DNA from: a virus
Taxonomy: Duplodnaviria > Caudoviricetes
DNA: 53,188 nucleotides
Reading direction: 5' to 3' (one strand)
Virus record (IMG/VR): IMGVR_UViG_3300032236_000387
Coordinates: 1-53,188 of that record
The position numbers were made by a program, and so were the translations under genes. The notes beneath the pieces were generated by a model. It was not told where the DNA came from, did no database searches, and worked only from the letters and a program-made list of their open reading frames with translations. Within the stretch, counting starts at the first letter, position 1. Each line of letters starts with the position of its first letter. Shown piece by piece: positions 8,392-17,827 of this stretch.

Positions 8392-10823
8392 TGATGGACG
8401 ACATCAATATTGATGAGCAGGAAGACGGGTCGGCAATTGTCGACCTGCCTGAGATGGATGCGGAAGAGCAGCCAGACGGGTCGGCAATTATTGAACTTGA
8501 AGATGGACCGGAATTTAATCCGGACTTTTACGACAACCTAGCGGATTCGATTGATGCAGGCGTTTTATCTACTCTCTGCTTCCGTTACCTCGACCTACTG
8601 GAGAGCGACAAGCAAGCCAGAGAGTTGCGAGACAAGCAGTACGAAGAAGGAATCAAGCGCACCGGGTTGGGCAATGACGCGCCGGGAGGCGCTACGTTCA
8701 TGGGTGCGTCAAAGGTTGTCCACCCTGCCATGGCGGAAGGGTGCGTAGACTTTGCTGCACGGGCAATTAAGGAACTGTTTCCGCCTGATGGTCCGGTCAA
8801 AGCCAAGATTATTGGTAAACAGGATGATTTAAAGACAGCAATTGCTGAACGGAAAGTAGATTTTCTGAATTGGCAAATTACGGAACAAATTGAAGAGTTC
8901 AGGGACGAGCAGGAGCAATTGCTGACACAGCTACCGTTGGGTGGCTCGCAGTACATGAAAGTCTGGTACGACGAAGAAAAAAAGAAACCGTGTGTTGAAT
9001 TTCTTCCAATTGACCGGGTAATTTTGCCGTTTGCGGCTACCAACTTTTACACCGCACAACGCGCTGCGGAAGTTCACGAAATTACGCAGTGGGAGCTGGA
9101 GCGCCGTATTTCGTCGGGGATGTACCGAGACATTAGCTATGTCAAGGCTACAGAAACGATTGAAGAAGGAAAAGTTCAGCAGGCTACCAATAAAATTGAA
9201 GGCAAGAAGTTTGAAGATAACAAGGATGGACTGCGAAAGGTCTATCACATATATACTTGGTTGGAGTTAGACGACGATAAAAAAACTAGAGGTAAGAACG
9301 CGCCATACATTTTGATGATTGACGAACTGGACAACGAAGTTGTTGGTTTGTACCGGAATTGGGAAGAAAGCGATAAGACCATGACCAAGCTTGACTGGGT
9401 TGTGGAATTTAAATTTATTCCGTGGCGGGGTGCATATGCGATTGGACTACCTCATCTTATTGGTGGTCTATCTGCCGCGCTTACTGGCTCTTTGCGTGCT
9501 TTGCTGGACTCAGCTCACATAAACAATGCGGCGACCATGCTCAAGCTCAAAGGAGCGAAGATCAGTGGTTCCTCGCAGCAGATTGATGTCACGCAGATTG
9601 TTGAGATTGAGGGCGCACCGGGTGTGCAAGACATCAGGCAAATTGCTATGCCGATGCCGTTCAACCCTCCCAGCCCGGTTCTGTTTGAGCTTCTAGGGTG
9701 GCTAGACAAGGCTACAAGCAGCGTTGTCACCACGGCTGAAGAGAAGATAGCGGACATTTCTGCAAACGCGCCTGTGGGCACTACGCAGGCTCTGATTGAG
9801 CAGGGATCACAAGTTTACTCGTCGATCCACGCACGATTGCACGCATCGCAGGCAAGGGTGCTAAAGATTCTGTGCCGGTTGAATCGGTGGTACTTTGACG
9901 ATATGCAAAAGTCGGACATTGTGTCTGACTTGGATATTACGCGGGAAGACTTTGCAAAGAACACGGACGTTGAGCCTGTCAGCGATCCGCATATCTTCTC
10001 TGAGACTCAACGGATGGCGCAGAACCAAGCGGTTCTGGCGTTGGCGGATAAGCACCCACAACAGTTCAAGATGAACAATGTGATTGCTCGGGTGCTCAAG
10101 CAGATGAAGATCCCGAACATCAATGAGTTGATGAACGAGGTTCCGGCACCTGAACAGCGCACTAGCGCGGATGAGAACGCGGCGATGCTGATCGGGCAGA
10201 CAGCGTATGCATATATTCAACAGGATCACATCGCACACATTCAAGATCACTTGCAGTTTGCAATGAGTCCGTTCTTGGGCCAGTCACCGTTTGCAGATCC
10301 GGGGTACTTGAACAACCTGATTGAGCATATCAAACAGCACATGACGTTGTGGTATCTCAATCGATCCAATGGATACGTTGAAAAGAACGTGGGCAGGCCG
10401 GTTACAAATTACGAAGATCCAAATTACACGTCAGAGATTGACAAGTTGTACACAATTGTTGGCGGCCATGTGATGTTGGATACGCAACAAGTGTTCAGCC
10501 AGTTTATGCCTAGCTTCCAGAAAATTATTGAAATGAGCCAGAAAAAGAATCAGGCTCCTGATAAGCTGCCGCCAGATGCTCAAGTGGTTAAAGACACCAG
10601 CATGGCTGAGACGCAACGCAAAACGCAGAAAGATCAAGCTGATATTCAGATTGCTCAATCTAAGATTCAAAGCGATATGCAAAAGCACGTTATCGATAAC
10701 CAGACAAAAGTCCAGATCGAAAACGCCAAATTGACGCATGAGACAATACAAACGGTTGCTCAAGCTCAACAACCGGCACCAATGCCACAACCGCCACAAG
10801 GAGAACCAAATGGCAACGTCTGA
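8391..10823 (+). CDS. Portal protein
   Basis: 810 aa; GASKVVHPAMAEGCVDFAARAIKELFPPDGPVK and APVGTTQALIEQG motifs typical of this podovirus portal family; position after TerL. Confidence 0.85.
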   Translation: MMDDINIDEQEDGSAIVDLPEMDAEEQPDGSAIIELEDGPEFNPDFYDNLADSIDAGVLSTLCFRYLDLLESDKQARELRDKQYEEGIKRTGLGNDAPGGATFMGASKVVHPAMAEGCVDFAARAIKELFPPDGPVKAKIIGKQDDLKTAIAERKVDFLNWQITEQIEEFRDEQEQLLTQLPLGGSQYMKVWYDEEKKKPCVEFLPIDRVILPFAATNFYTAQRAAEVHEITQWELERRISSGMYRDISYVKATETIEEGKVQQATNKIEGKKFEDNKDGLRKVYHIYTWLELDDDKKTRGKNAPYILMIDELDNEVVGLYRNWEESDKTMTKLDWVVEFKFIPWRGAYAIGLPHLIGGLSAALTGSLRALLDSAHINNAATMLKLKGAKISGSSQQIDVTQIVEIEGAPGVQDIRQIAMPMPFNPPSPVLFELLGWLDKATSSVVTTAEEKIADISANAPVGTTQALIEQGSQVYSSIHARLHASQARVLKILCRLNRWYFDDMQKSDIVSDLDITREDFAKNTDVEPVSDPHIFSETQRMAQNQAVLALADKHPQQFKMNNVIARVLKQMKIPNINELMNEVPAPEQRTSADENAAMLIGQTAYAYIQQDHIAHIQDHLQFAMSPFLGQSPFADPGYLNNLIEHIKQHMTLWYLNRSNGYVEKNVGRPVTNYEDPNYTSEIDKLYTIVGGHVMLDTQQVFSQFMPSFQKIIEMSQKKNQAPDKLPPDAQVVKDTSMAETQRKTQKDQADIQIAQSKIQSDMQKHVIDNQTKVQIENAKLTHETIQTVAQAQQPAPMPQPPQGEPNGNV

Positions 10824-10956
10824 TCAAGAACAGAAGTCGGTGCTGGTAAAACAGCACAAGCGTCTGGCACAAGGGGAAAAGCTTGATGGAACCAACATGG
10901 GTCCAAAGGGTGAGAAAGCTAAATCAGGAGGTCTATCACACGCCAAGAAAAAATGA
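10810..10956 (+). CDS. Small basic protein (48 aa) carrying a KAKSGGL motif
   Basis: AAGGAG RBS, ATG at 10810. Confidence 0.65.
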   Translation: MATSDQEQKSVLVKQHKRLAQGEKLDGTNMGPKGEKAKSGGLSHAKKK

Positions 10957-11132
10957 TTGAAGCACTGATCCATCGGATCAAAATACGCCAAAACGAGTTG
11001 CAGCTATCGTTAGCTCAAGGCGTTCCCATGAACTGGGAGGCGTATCAACGTATCGTTGGTAACTATCAAGGTCTGCAAGCAGTGCTTGATATTATTGACA
11101 ATATGCTGGAAGAAGAGAAAGAGTTTGATTAA
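10953..11132 (+). CDS. Small helical protein (59 aa, MIEALIHRIK...YQRIVGNYQGL...), below ORF-track cutoff
   Basis: ATGA-coupled, open frame, occupies the usual slot before the GroES-like gene. Confidence 0.7.
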   Translation: MIEALIHRIKIRQNELQLSLAQGVPMNWEAYQRIVGNYQGLQAVLDIIDNMLEEEKEFD

Positions 11133-11185
11133 CCATGCGCTGAAAAGCGCGTTTATGCACCTGAAATATGGTGTGAGGAAAGAAA

Positions 11186-11638
11186 ATGACTGAAAAAGAA
11201 AAGATCCCTACGATTGAGGGCGTACAGCGTACGCCTGATTCCGTTGAATTGTCTTGGGCATTTCCTGAAGTGGGGCCGGGACAGCGTCCGTTCGGAGGGC
11301 GCGTCATCGTTCAGTTACGTCGGATCAAGAAAAAAGTTGGTCGGATTGTGATCGTGGACGAAACCAAAGAGAACGAGAAGTGGAACAACATGATCGGCAA
11401 GATTGTGGCGTTGGGTCCGCTTGCGTTCAAGAACCGGGACACCATGAAACCATGGACTGAAGGGTCATGGGCTGAGATTGGTGACTTTGTTCGGGTTCCA
11501 AGATGGGGTGGTGACCGTTGGGAGCGTGCTGTTCCCGGTGAAGACGGTGAAGATCCTGTTTTGTTTATGACAATCAACGACCATGAACTGATTTCGGCCA
11601 TCACAGATGACCCGTTGTCGTTCAAGGCTTACGTTTAG
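11186..11638 (+). CDS. GroES-like co-chaperonin
   Basis: RPFGGRVIVQ...GKIVALGPLAF...IGDFVRV...INDHELISAI matches the Cpn10 pattern. Confidence 0.85.
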   Translation: MTEKEKIPTIEGVQRTPDSVELSWAFPEVGPGQRPFGGRVIVQLRRIKKKVGRIVIVDETKENEKWNNMIGKIVALGPLAFKNRDTMKPWTEGSWAEIGDFVRVPRWGGDRWERAVPGEDGEDPVLFMTINDHELISAITDDPLSFKAYV

Positions 11639-11647
11639 GGGTAAAAA

Positions 11648-12613
11648 ATGGCTGAAAATACCGAAAAAACTGAAGAATTAGACGTTGTAGAGGCCAAGGA
11701 TGGCTCTGCAGTGGTTGATGTTCCCGAAAGTTTGCTTGGCGATGACGATTCCGATGTCAAATCTAACGGTGATGCTGGTGTTGATGCGGATGCGGATGAT
11801 CCGGGTGATGATGAAGAGTTGCGAGCAGCAAAACGCAACCGTCGTCGAGCCAAAAAAGACTTGGTTCGCAAGACAAACCAAGAGAAAGACGTTCGGTTGG
11901 TTCAATTGCAACGTGAGAATGAAGAATTCAAGCGTCGTCTGAGTCAATTAGAACGCAACACCAAAGCGGAACACGTTGTTAGGATTGAAAAGAACATTGA
12001 GGACGCTCAAGTGCGTCTTGAATACGCCAAGATGAAGCTTTCAGAGGCCACATCAAACAATGATGGTCAGGCCATGGTTGAGGCGCAGACGCTTTTTTCG
12101 ACTGCTCAAGACGAAATCAAGCAACTCAACGGAATGAAGGTTCAAGCCGACCGGGAAGTTAACGCTCCGCAACGTCAAGACAACGATGTTGACCCAAACG
12201 TGCGACGGCACGCTCAACAGTGGATGAAGCGTAATCCTTGGTACACGGCTGGAGGCACTGATCCAGATAGCCGAGTGGCCAAGAAGATGGATGAGCTAAT
12301 GGCTGCTCAAGGTTGGGATCCAACGGATCGTGATTACTGGGATGAGCTTGATAGCCGTTTGCAAAAGGAATTACCTCACCGTTACAATGCAAACGGTGAA
12401 GATGATAACCGTGGTGTTAGACGACCAAGGAATGTTGTGGGAAGTGCGGGACGCGAAGCATCGGCTGCTTACGGTGGATCTAACCGATCCCAGTTTGTTT
12501 TGTCGCCTGAAAGGGTGAAAGCAATGAAAGATGCAGGTGCTTGGGAAAATCCTGAGAGGAAGGCCAGAATGATCAAACAGTTCATGGCCTACGACCGAAC
12601 CAACCGCAATTGA
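11648..12613 (+). CDS. Putative capsid scaffolding protein
   Basis: Acidic N-terminus, long coiled coil, upstream of capsid genes. Confidence 0.7.
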   Translation: MAENTEKTEELDVVEAKDGSAVVDVPESLLGDDDSDVKSNGDAGVDADADDPGDDEELRAAKRNRRRAKKDLVRKTNQEKDVRLVQLQRENEEFKRRLSQLERNTKAEHVVRIEKNIEDAQVRLEYAKMKLSEATSNNDGQAMVEAQTLFSTAQDEIKQLNGMKVQADREVNAPQRQDNDVDPNVRRHAQQWMKRNPWYTAGGTDPDSRVAKKMDELMAAQGWDPTDRDYWDELDSRLQKELPHRYNANGEDDNRGVRRPRNVVGSAGREASAAYGGSNRSQFVLSPERVKAMKDAGAWENPERKARMIKQFMAYDRTNRN

Positions 12614-12630
12614 ACTAAGGAACAAATACC

Positions 12631-13176
12631 ATGGAATCTCGTCTCAAAAAATCTTTGAACGCTGGTGGCAGACAGGACCGTGAAAACGGGGAGGCAAGTC
12701 ATTCAGCGCCTGAAGAAAAGTTCGCTTCTACACAGGAACGTAAAAAAATGTGGAGTGAGGAGTGGACGCAATCAGCATTGCCAAAACTGCCCAACATGGA
12801 TGGGTGGCACCTTTGCTGGCTTTCAACAACCAACAGCTACGACTCCATTGATAAGAGGATTCGTCTTGGGTACGTTCCCGTTAAATCGGAAGAGTTACCC
12901 GGATATGAGGACTATCGAGTGAAGTCGGGTGAGCACGTTGGATATATCTCATGCAACGAGATGTTGCTGTTCAAAATTCCGATGGAAATTTTCCAAGAGG
13001 TGATGGTTCATATGCATCACGATAAACCTCGTGAAGAAGCAGAGAAGATCGTCGTCCAAATGGAAAATTTGCAAGGGGCAAGGGATAGTAACGGTCGGCG
13101 GTTGGTGAATGTTGAAGGTGAAGGTATTGGCTCTATTGACAAGCAACCAAACAAAATTCCCGTATTTGCGGGATAA
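12631..13176 (+). CDS. Conserved head-module hypothetical protein (181 aa)
   Basis: AAGGA RBS; lies between scaffold and capsid genes. Confidence 0.7.
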   Translation: MESRLKKSLNAGGRQDRENGEASHSAPEEKFASTQERKKMWSEEWTQSALPKLPNMDGWHLCWLSTTNSYDSIDKRIRLGYVPVKSEELPGYEDYRVKSGEHVGYISCNEMLLFKIPMEIFQEVMVHMHHDKPREEAEKIVVQMENLQGARDSNGRRLVNVEGEGIGSIDKQPNKIPVFAG

Positions 13177-13191
13177 CCTTCTGGAGTTAAC

Positions 13192-13782
13192 ATGAGTTCA
13201 ACCTCTGCTCCGTTTGGTCTGCGCCCTGCGTTCCACCCTTCCGGATTGGATCGCGCACAAGCGCTGGCTGGCGGTATTCTTAGTGGCTATACAAGCAACA
13301 TTCTGAAAGGTCAGCCTGTTCTGTATAGCGCATCAAACGGTTATATCACTGCTTACACCACGAACTCGACCGCTGCTGCATGGTCTGGCTCGTTCCAAGG
13401 TGTTGAGTGGACCGATACGACTGGTCGTCGCCGTGTTTCTAACTATTGGCCTGCAAACACCGCCTACACTACGGGTTCTTGCGTAGCTTATTTCTACAAC
13501 GACAACAACATCGTTTACGAAATCCAAGCTGATGGTTCGATGGCTCAGACCACGATTGGTAACGAGTACAACTTTACGAACGTAACTAACGGTTCGACCA
13601 CTACCGGCCTGTCGGCAGCAACTTTGGGTGCTTCGACTGCTGTTGGTAACGGTGTCCAAGGTTGTATGCGTGTCGTTGACTTGGGACAAGGCGTTGACAA
13701 CGCTTGGGGTGATTCATACACGGTTGTCCGTGTTGTGAATTCGTATTCACAATTCTTTGGCCAGTTTACTGCCATTGCTTAA
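13192..13782 (+). CDS. Putative capsid cement/decoration protein
   Basis: APFGLRP N-terminus, beta-rich, immediately upstream of the major capsid gene. Confidence 0.65.
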   Translation: MSSTSAPFGLRPAFHPSGLDRAQALAGGILSGYTSNILKGQPVLYSASNGYITAYTTNSTAAAWSGSFQGVEWTDTTGRRRVSNYWPANTAYTTGSCVAYFYNDNNIVYEIQADGSMAQTTIGNEYNFTNVTNGSTTTGLSAATLGASTAVGNGVQGCMRVVDLGQGVDNAWGDSYTVVRVVNSYSQFFGQFTAIA

Positions 13783-13796
13783 TTAGGAGGTAAATC

Positions 13797-14711
13797 ATGG
13801 CCGCCCCAATGCGAAGTACAGACTTCCGGTCAATTGTTGAGCCAATTCTCAACGAATGTTTTGATGGAGTCTATGATCAGCGCGCTGATGAATGGAGTCG
13901 AGTTTTCCGTGAGGAAGATGGTATTCCCCGCAACTATCACGAAGAGCCGGTCCTTTACGGATTTGGCGCTGCACCACAACTCCCTGACGGTACGCCTGTT
14001 ACCTATCAGCAGGGTGGTGTGTTGTTCCTTCAGCGTTACCTCTACAAAGTGTACGGGCTTGCCTTTGCACTGACGAAGGTTCTTGTTGAAGACGGCGACC
14101 ACATCCGTATCGGTCAGGTTTATGCTCGTCACTTGGCTCAGTCGCTGGTGGAAACCAAAGAACTGCTGAGTGCGAACATTCTCAATACGGCCTTCAACTC
14201 GTCGTACCCCGGCGGTGACGGTGTGTCGCTGATTAACACGGCGCACCCAATTGTTTCTGGTACGTTCAGCAACCAGTTGGCGACTGCTGCGGTTCTTTCG
14301 CAGACTTCGCTTGAGCAAATGCTCATCCAGATTCGTCAGGCTGTGGACAACAACGGTAAGCGTATTCGTCTGGTTCCACGTCAACTGATCGTGGCACCCG
14401 GCAATATCTTCCAAGCTGAAGTCCTATTGAAGAGCGTGCTGCGTGCCGGTAACGCAAACAACGACATCAACCCGATCAAGTCTATTGGCTTGCTCGACGA
14501 AGGTGCCGCTGTTCTGTCCCGTCTTACGTCGGCGACTGCATGGTGGGTTCAGACTGACGCTCCAGAGGGCTTTAAGCTCCTGATGCGTCGTCGTCTGGAG
14601 AAAACCATGGAAGGCGACTTTGAAACGGACACGATGCGCTACAAGGCTACTGAGCGTTATGCTGTGGGCTTCACTGACCCACGTTGCGCTTACGGTACGC
14701 CCGGAGTGTAA
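13797..14711 (+). CDS. Major capsid protein (HK97 fold, Mu gpT-like family)
   Basis: 304 aa; PRQLIVAP...GDFETDTMRYKATERYAVGFTDPR; strong AGGAGG RBS; followed by a terminator. Confidence 0.88.
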   Translation: MAAPMRSTDFRSIVEPILNECFDGVYDQRADEWSRVFREEDGIPRNYHEEPVLYGFGAAPQLPDGTPVTYQQGGVLFLQRYLYKVYGLAFALTKVLVEDGDHIRIGQVYARHLAQSLVETKELLSANILNTAFNSSYPGGDGVSLINTAHPIVSGTFSNQLATAAVLSQTSLEQMLIQIRQAVDNNGKRIRLVPRQLIVAPGNIFQAEVLLKSVLRAGNANNDINPIKSIGLLDEGAAVLSRLTSATAWWVQTDAPEGFKLLMRRRLEKTMEGDFETDTMRYKATERYAVGFTDPRCAYGTPGV

Positions 14712-14718
14712 AGAACGG

Positions 14719-14761
14719 GACCAAGGGGGTGTAATCGGATTACACCCTCTTGGTTCTTTTT
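14719..14761 (+). terminator. Rho-independent terminator after the capsid gene; the top of the stem is palindrome site 3 (14729-14745)
   Basis: gaccaagggggtgtaatc-g-gattacaccctcttggttc followed by a T-tract. Confidence 0.8.
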
Positions 14762-14796
14762 GAAACCTGAGTGGTTCAAGCCACAAGGAATCTAAA

Positions 14797-16044
14797 ATGC
14801 CTTTATTTTCAGATGATCTTTTCTTGGGTTCTGGTGCTACCTATATGGGCACTGGCAACCAAGCCGCAACCTCGGTTTTTACCGGGACCATTTCTACCAC
14901 CACGTTGACGGTTCAAACCGTTCAGTCTGGCGATCCTTTGGTCGTTGGTCAGTTCATCGTTGGTTCTGGTGTGACTGCAAACAGTTACATCACTGCATCA
15001 CTTGGCCAAAACGCAAACGGTTTGAGCCAATACACTTTGTCGCAGTCATCGACTGTTTCGTCGGCAGTGGTGATGTATGCATCGGGTAACGCATCGTTAG
15101 GTAACCCTGCCCCAATGTCGCTAGGCGTTGGTCCGATGGGTCGTATCTATATGTGGGACTCGATCCCAGAGGCGAAACAAGCAAATAACATTGCTACGTC
15201 GCAGACTCCCGCGGCTGCAGGCAGCCTCACGCTGACGGCTGGAACGTCGGTTACCACGCTGGTTCGCAGTGATGGTACGACTGCATACGTTCTAGATGTG
15301 CCGCGTGGTTTGCGGATTACAACTGCCACTGCTGCTGCTTCGACTTTGGCAGGTGTTGCAATCACAGGCACTGGTGGTCAAATTTCGTTTACGTCGCAGA
15401 CTGGTTTGGTTTCAGGCCAATACCTGACCATTTCTGGTACTTACGGCGGAACGGGTTCGATTACGGGTTATTCAAACCCAACGACGTACATTTTGACTGC
15501 AGTTACATCAACGACTGCCACGCTGACTACTACAGCCGGTGCGGCAGTTGTGACTACGGCAGGTACGCCAACGGGTCTGACCTATACCTTGGGTGTTGCT
15601 CCGCAAACGGCAACGATCAGTGGTTACGATTACTACGGTCAGGCGATGACCCAAACAATCACGACCAGTTCGTCTGTTTCGACTGCAGTGAACACCACCA
15701 AAGCGTTCTATCAAGTCACATCGATTTCGATTGGTGGCGCGACTGGAACGGCGCTAACGGTTGGTACAACTGACGTGTTGGGAATCCCAGTTCGAGTAAT
15801 CGATGGTGCTTACATCGTAAACTCTGGGTACAACAACACTGTTGCATTCGATTCCCCAACCGCGTTTGTAAAAGCGGATATGACGAACCCAGCTACATCA
15901 TCTACGGGTGACGTTCGCGGTACGTTGAATCCATCAAGTGCTCCTGATGGAACCAAACGCTTGGTTGTAGCCATTGCGGTTCCGGCAATTGCATCTGGCC
16001 CCAACTCGACTCGTCAGGGCACGCTTGGCGTGACTCAGGCTTAA
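14797..16044 (+). CDS. Virion structural/decoration protein (Thr/Gly/Ser-rich, 415 aa)
   Basis: Composition and position after the capsid gene. Confidence 0.7.
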   Translation: MPLFSDDLFLGSGATYMGTGNQAATSVFTGTISTTTLTVQTVQSGDPLVVGQFIVGSGVTANSYITASLGQNANGLSQYTLSQSSTVSSAVVMYASGNASLGNPAPMSLGVGPMGRIYMWDSIPEAKQANNIATSQTPAAAGSLTLTAGTSVTTLVRSDGTTAYVLDVPRGLRITTATAAASTLAGVAITGTGGQISFTSQTGLVSGQYLTISGTYGGTGSITGYSNPTTYILTAVTSTTATLTTTAGAAVVTTAGTPTGLTYTLGVAPQTATISGYDYYGQAMTQTITTSSSVSTAVNTTKAFYQVTSISIGGATGTALTVGTTDVLGIPVRVIDGAYIVNSGYNNTVAFDSPTAFVKADMTNPATSSTGDVRGTLNPSSAPDGTKRLVVAIAVPAIASGPNSTRQGTLGVTQA

Positions 16045-16056
16045 TAGGAGGCTGAA

Positions 16057-17772
16057 ATGGCTAATTTTCAACCAATGGTGAAGATGTACACCGATGAGCC
16101 ATCAGTTAGTCTGGTGAAGCTCAAGAAAGGTGGTAAGGTCAAAGCCAAGAAGCATGACGAGCATCACGGTCACCATTCGATGCATCCGGGGCACATGAAA
16201 GGCGCTCACCATGCATTCGAGGCGGAGAAGGGCGCATCGCCCAAAAAACCGTCGCTGCATGAGCGCCATAAAGCAATGAACCCGCAGCTTTACAAAAAAG
16301 GCGGAAAAGTTGCTCACAAGGTTGACGGCGGCATTATGCCAATGGCACCTAGTGGCATGGGCGGCGGGATGACTGGTGTGGGCAATGCTTCGCCGACCAT
16401 GAACCGTGCAATGAGTCCATCGGCAATTGCCAACATGGAACCTGCTGCACGGGCTACTCGGGCAGCGCAAGTTAAGCGTGCTCTGCTGGGCATGAAGAAG
16501 GGTGGTTCTGCAGACCACAAAATGATTGAGAAGTTGGAAAAAGAACTTCACCATCACGAAAGTATGTCTGCGGAAAAGGCCCATCATAAAGCTCATGGCG
16601 GCAAGGTTCACCATATCAGCGGTCATCCAGACGGCACCCATGAGCATCACAAGGCCATGGCCAAGCATTACGCTGAAAAGTGTAAGCATGGCGGTTCGGC
16701 GCATATGCACAAGATGCACGAGCACCACAAGCATCAAGCCAAGATGTGCAAGGGTGGCAGCTATGCTTCGGGTGGCTCGACCAATGAGAAAGGTGCTGGC
16801 GCATCTGGTGAAAAGGTTGATCAGTTCCAGACTCGGACCACGCTTAAAAACAGCGTGAAGCCGTTTGTTTCGCGTGCTGACACCTCGAAGCCTGATCACT
16901 CTCCTGCTCACACTGGCGAGATCCACAAGGGCAATGGCGGCGGTTATAAGCATGGTGGTCGGATGCACCACAAGGCTGATGGCGGTCACATGATTGGCGA
17001 CAAAGTCCCAAGCGTGAAGAACAAGCACTATGCAAAGGGTGGCCGTGCGACCGGCAGCATGATCCCAAGCGGAACGAACGAAAGTGAAACCCGCGGCAAG
17101 ATCAAGTTTGGCGGCACGATTGAGGACAACGAGCATTACTACGAAAACACCGATATGCACACGGCGCAGCCAGACCACTCAAAAGGTGGTACGGGTGGTG
17201 TCAAGATGGGCAACGCCGGTGGATTCAAACGTGGTGGTCGGATGCATCACAAAGCCGATGGCGGAACGATTGACAAGTTTGTCACCCGTAACACCATTGA
17301 AGGTGGTGACTGGGAGAATCGCCCAGCCAACACCACCAAACCCGGCAAGAGCGACACCAAAACCGGCCAAGTGAAGCTTGCTAACGCAGGCGGATATAAG
17401 CACGGTGGCAAAACCTCGAAGCACTATGCTTCGGGCGGTGGCGTGAATGAGATGGGCAACGCTATGAAGATGCCTGCTCGCGTGAAACACGGTCCAGTGG
17501 CCAACACGCTTCAGTCGGGCACTTATGCACGGGGTGGCAAGGTAGATGAAGAGAAACCCAACCTTCGTCTAGTCAAGACCCATACCGGGCCGCATGGTCA
17601 CGTTGCCAAGATCTACAAAGACCGTGATTATGGTGAGCATCGTGTGAGGTTCTACGATCCTGAAGGTAAACACCACCACAAGGCGGATTACCACACGGAT
17701 GATGTGCAGGACGCGCATGATACGGCGATGTATGAGTTGAATCGCGCTACGGACTGGAAGAAAAGCAAGTAA
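16057..17772 (+). CDS. His/Lys/Gly-rich protein with about 16 xxxGG motifs and a C-terminal globular domain
   Basis: GGAGG RBS; LKKGG, YKKGG, MKKGG, YASGG, YKHGG, KADGG, YAKGG, FKRGG, YARGG repeats. Confidence 0.8.
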   Translation: MANFQPMVKMYTDEPSVSLVKLKKGGKVKAKKHDEHHGHHSMHPGHMKGAHHAFEAEKGASPKKPSLHERHKAMNPQLYKKGGKVAHKVDGGIMPMAPSGMGGGMTGVGNASPTMNRAMSPSAIANMEPAARATRAAQVKRALLGMKKGGSADHKMIEKLEKELHHHESMSAEKAHHKAHGGKVHHISGHPDGTHEHHKAMAKHYAEKCKHGGSAHMHKMHEHHKHQAKMCKGGSYASGGSTNEKGAGASGEKVDQFQTRTTLKNSVKPFVSRADTSKPDHSPAHTGEIHKGNGGGYKHGGRMHHKADGGHMIGDKVPSVKNKHYAKGGRATGSMIPSGTNESETRGKIKFGGTIEDNEHYYENTDMHTAQPDHSKGGTGGVKMGNAGGFKRGGRMHHKADGGTIDKFVTRNTIEGGDWENRPANTTKPGKSDTKTGQVKLANAGGYKHGGKTSKHYASGGGVNEMGNAMKMPARVKHGPVANTLQSGTYARGGKVDEEKPNLRLVKTHTGPHGHVAKIYKDRDYGEHRVRFYDPEGKHHHKADYHTDDVQDAHDTAMYELNRATDWKKSK

Positions 17773-17790
17773 TTGCACTTCAAGTAAGTA

Positions 17791-17815
17791 GGGGGGCTTC
17801 GGCCCCCCACTTGTT
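17791..17815 (+). terminator. Hairpin GGGGGGC-TTCG-GCCCCCC (UUCG tetraloop), probable terminator
   Basis: 7-bp GC stem after a stop codon; short T tail. Confidence 0.6.
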
Positions 17816-17827
17816 AAAGGAAAAAAA

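Noticed and set aside
16102-17178. 358-aa minus-strand ORF and other long antisense ORFs (e.g. 49758-50468, 50243-50959)
   Set aside because: Antisense shadows of well-supported plus-strand genes, with no RBS or recognisable motifs.
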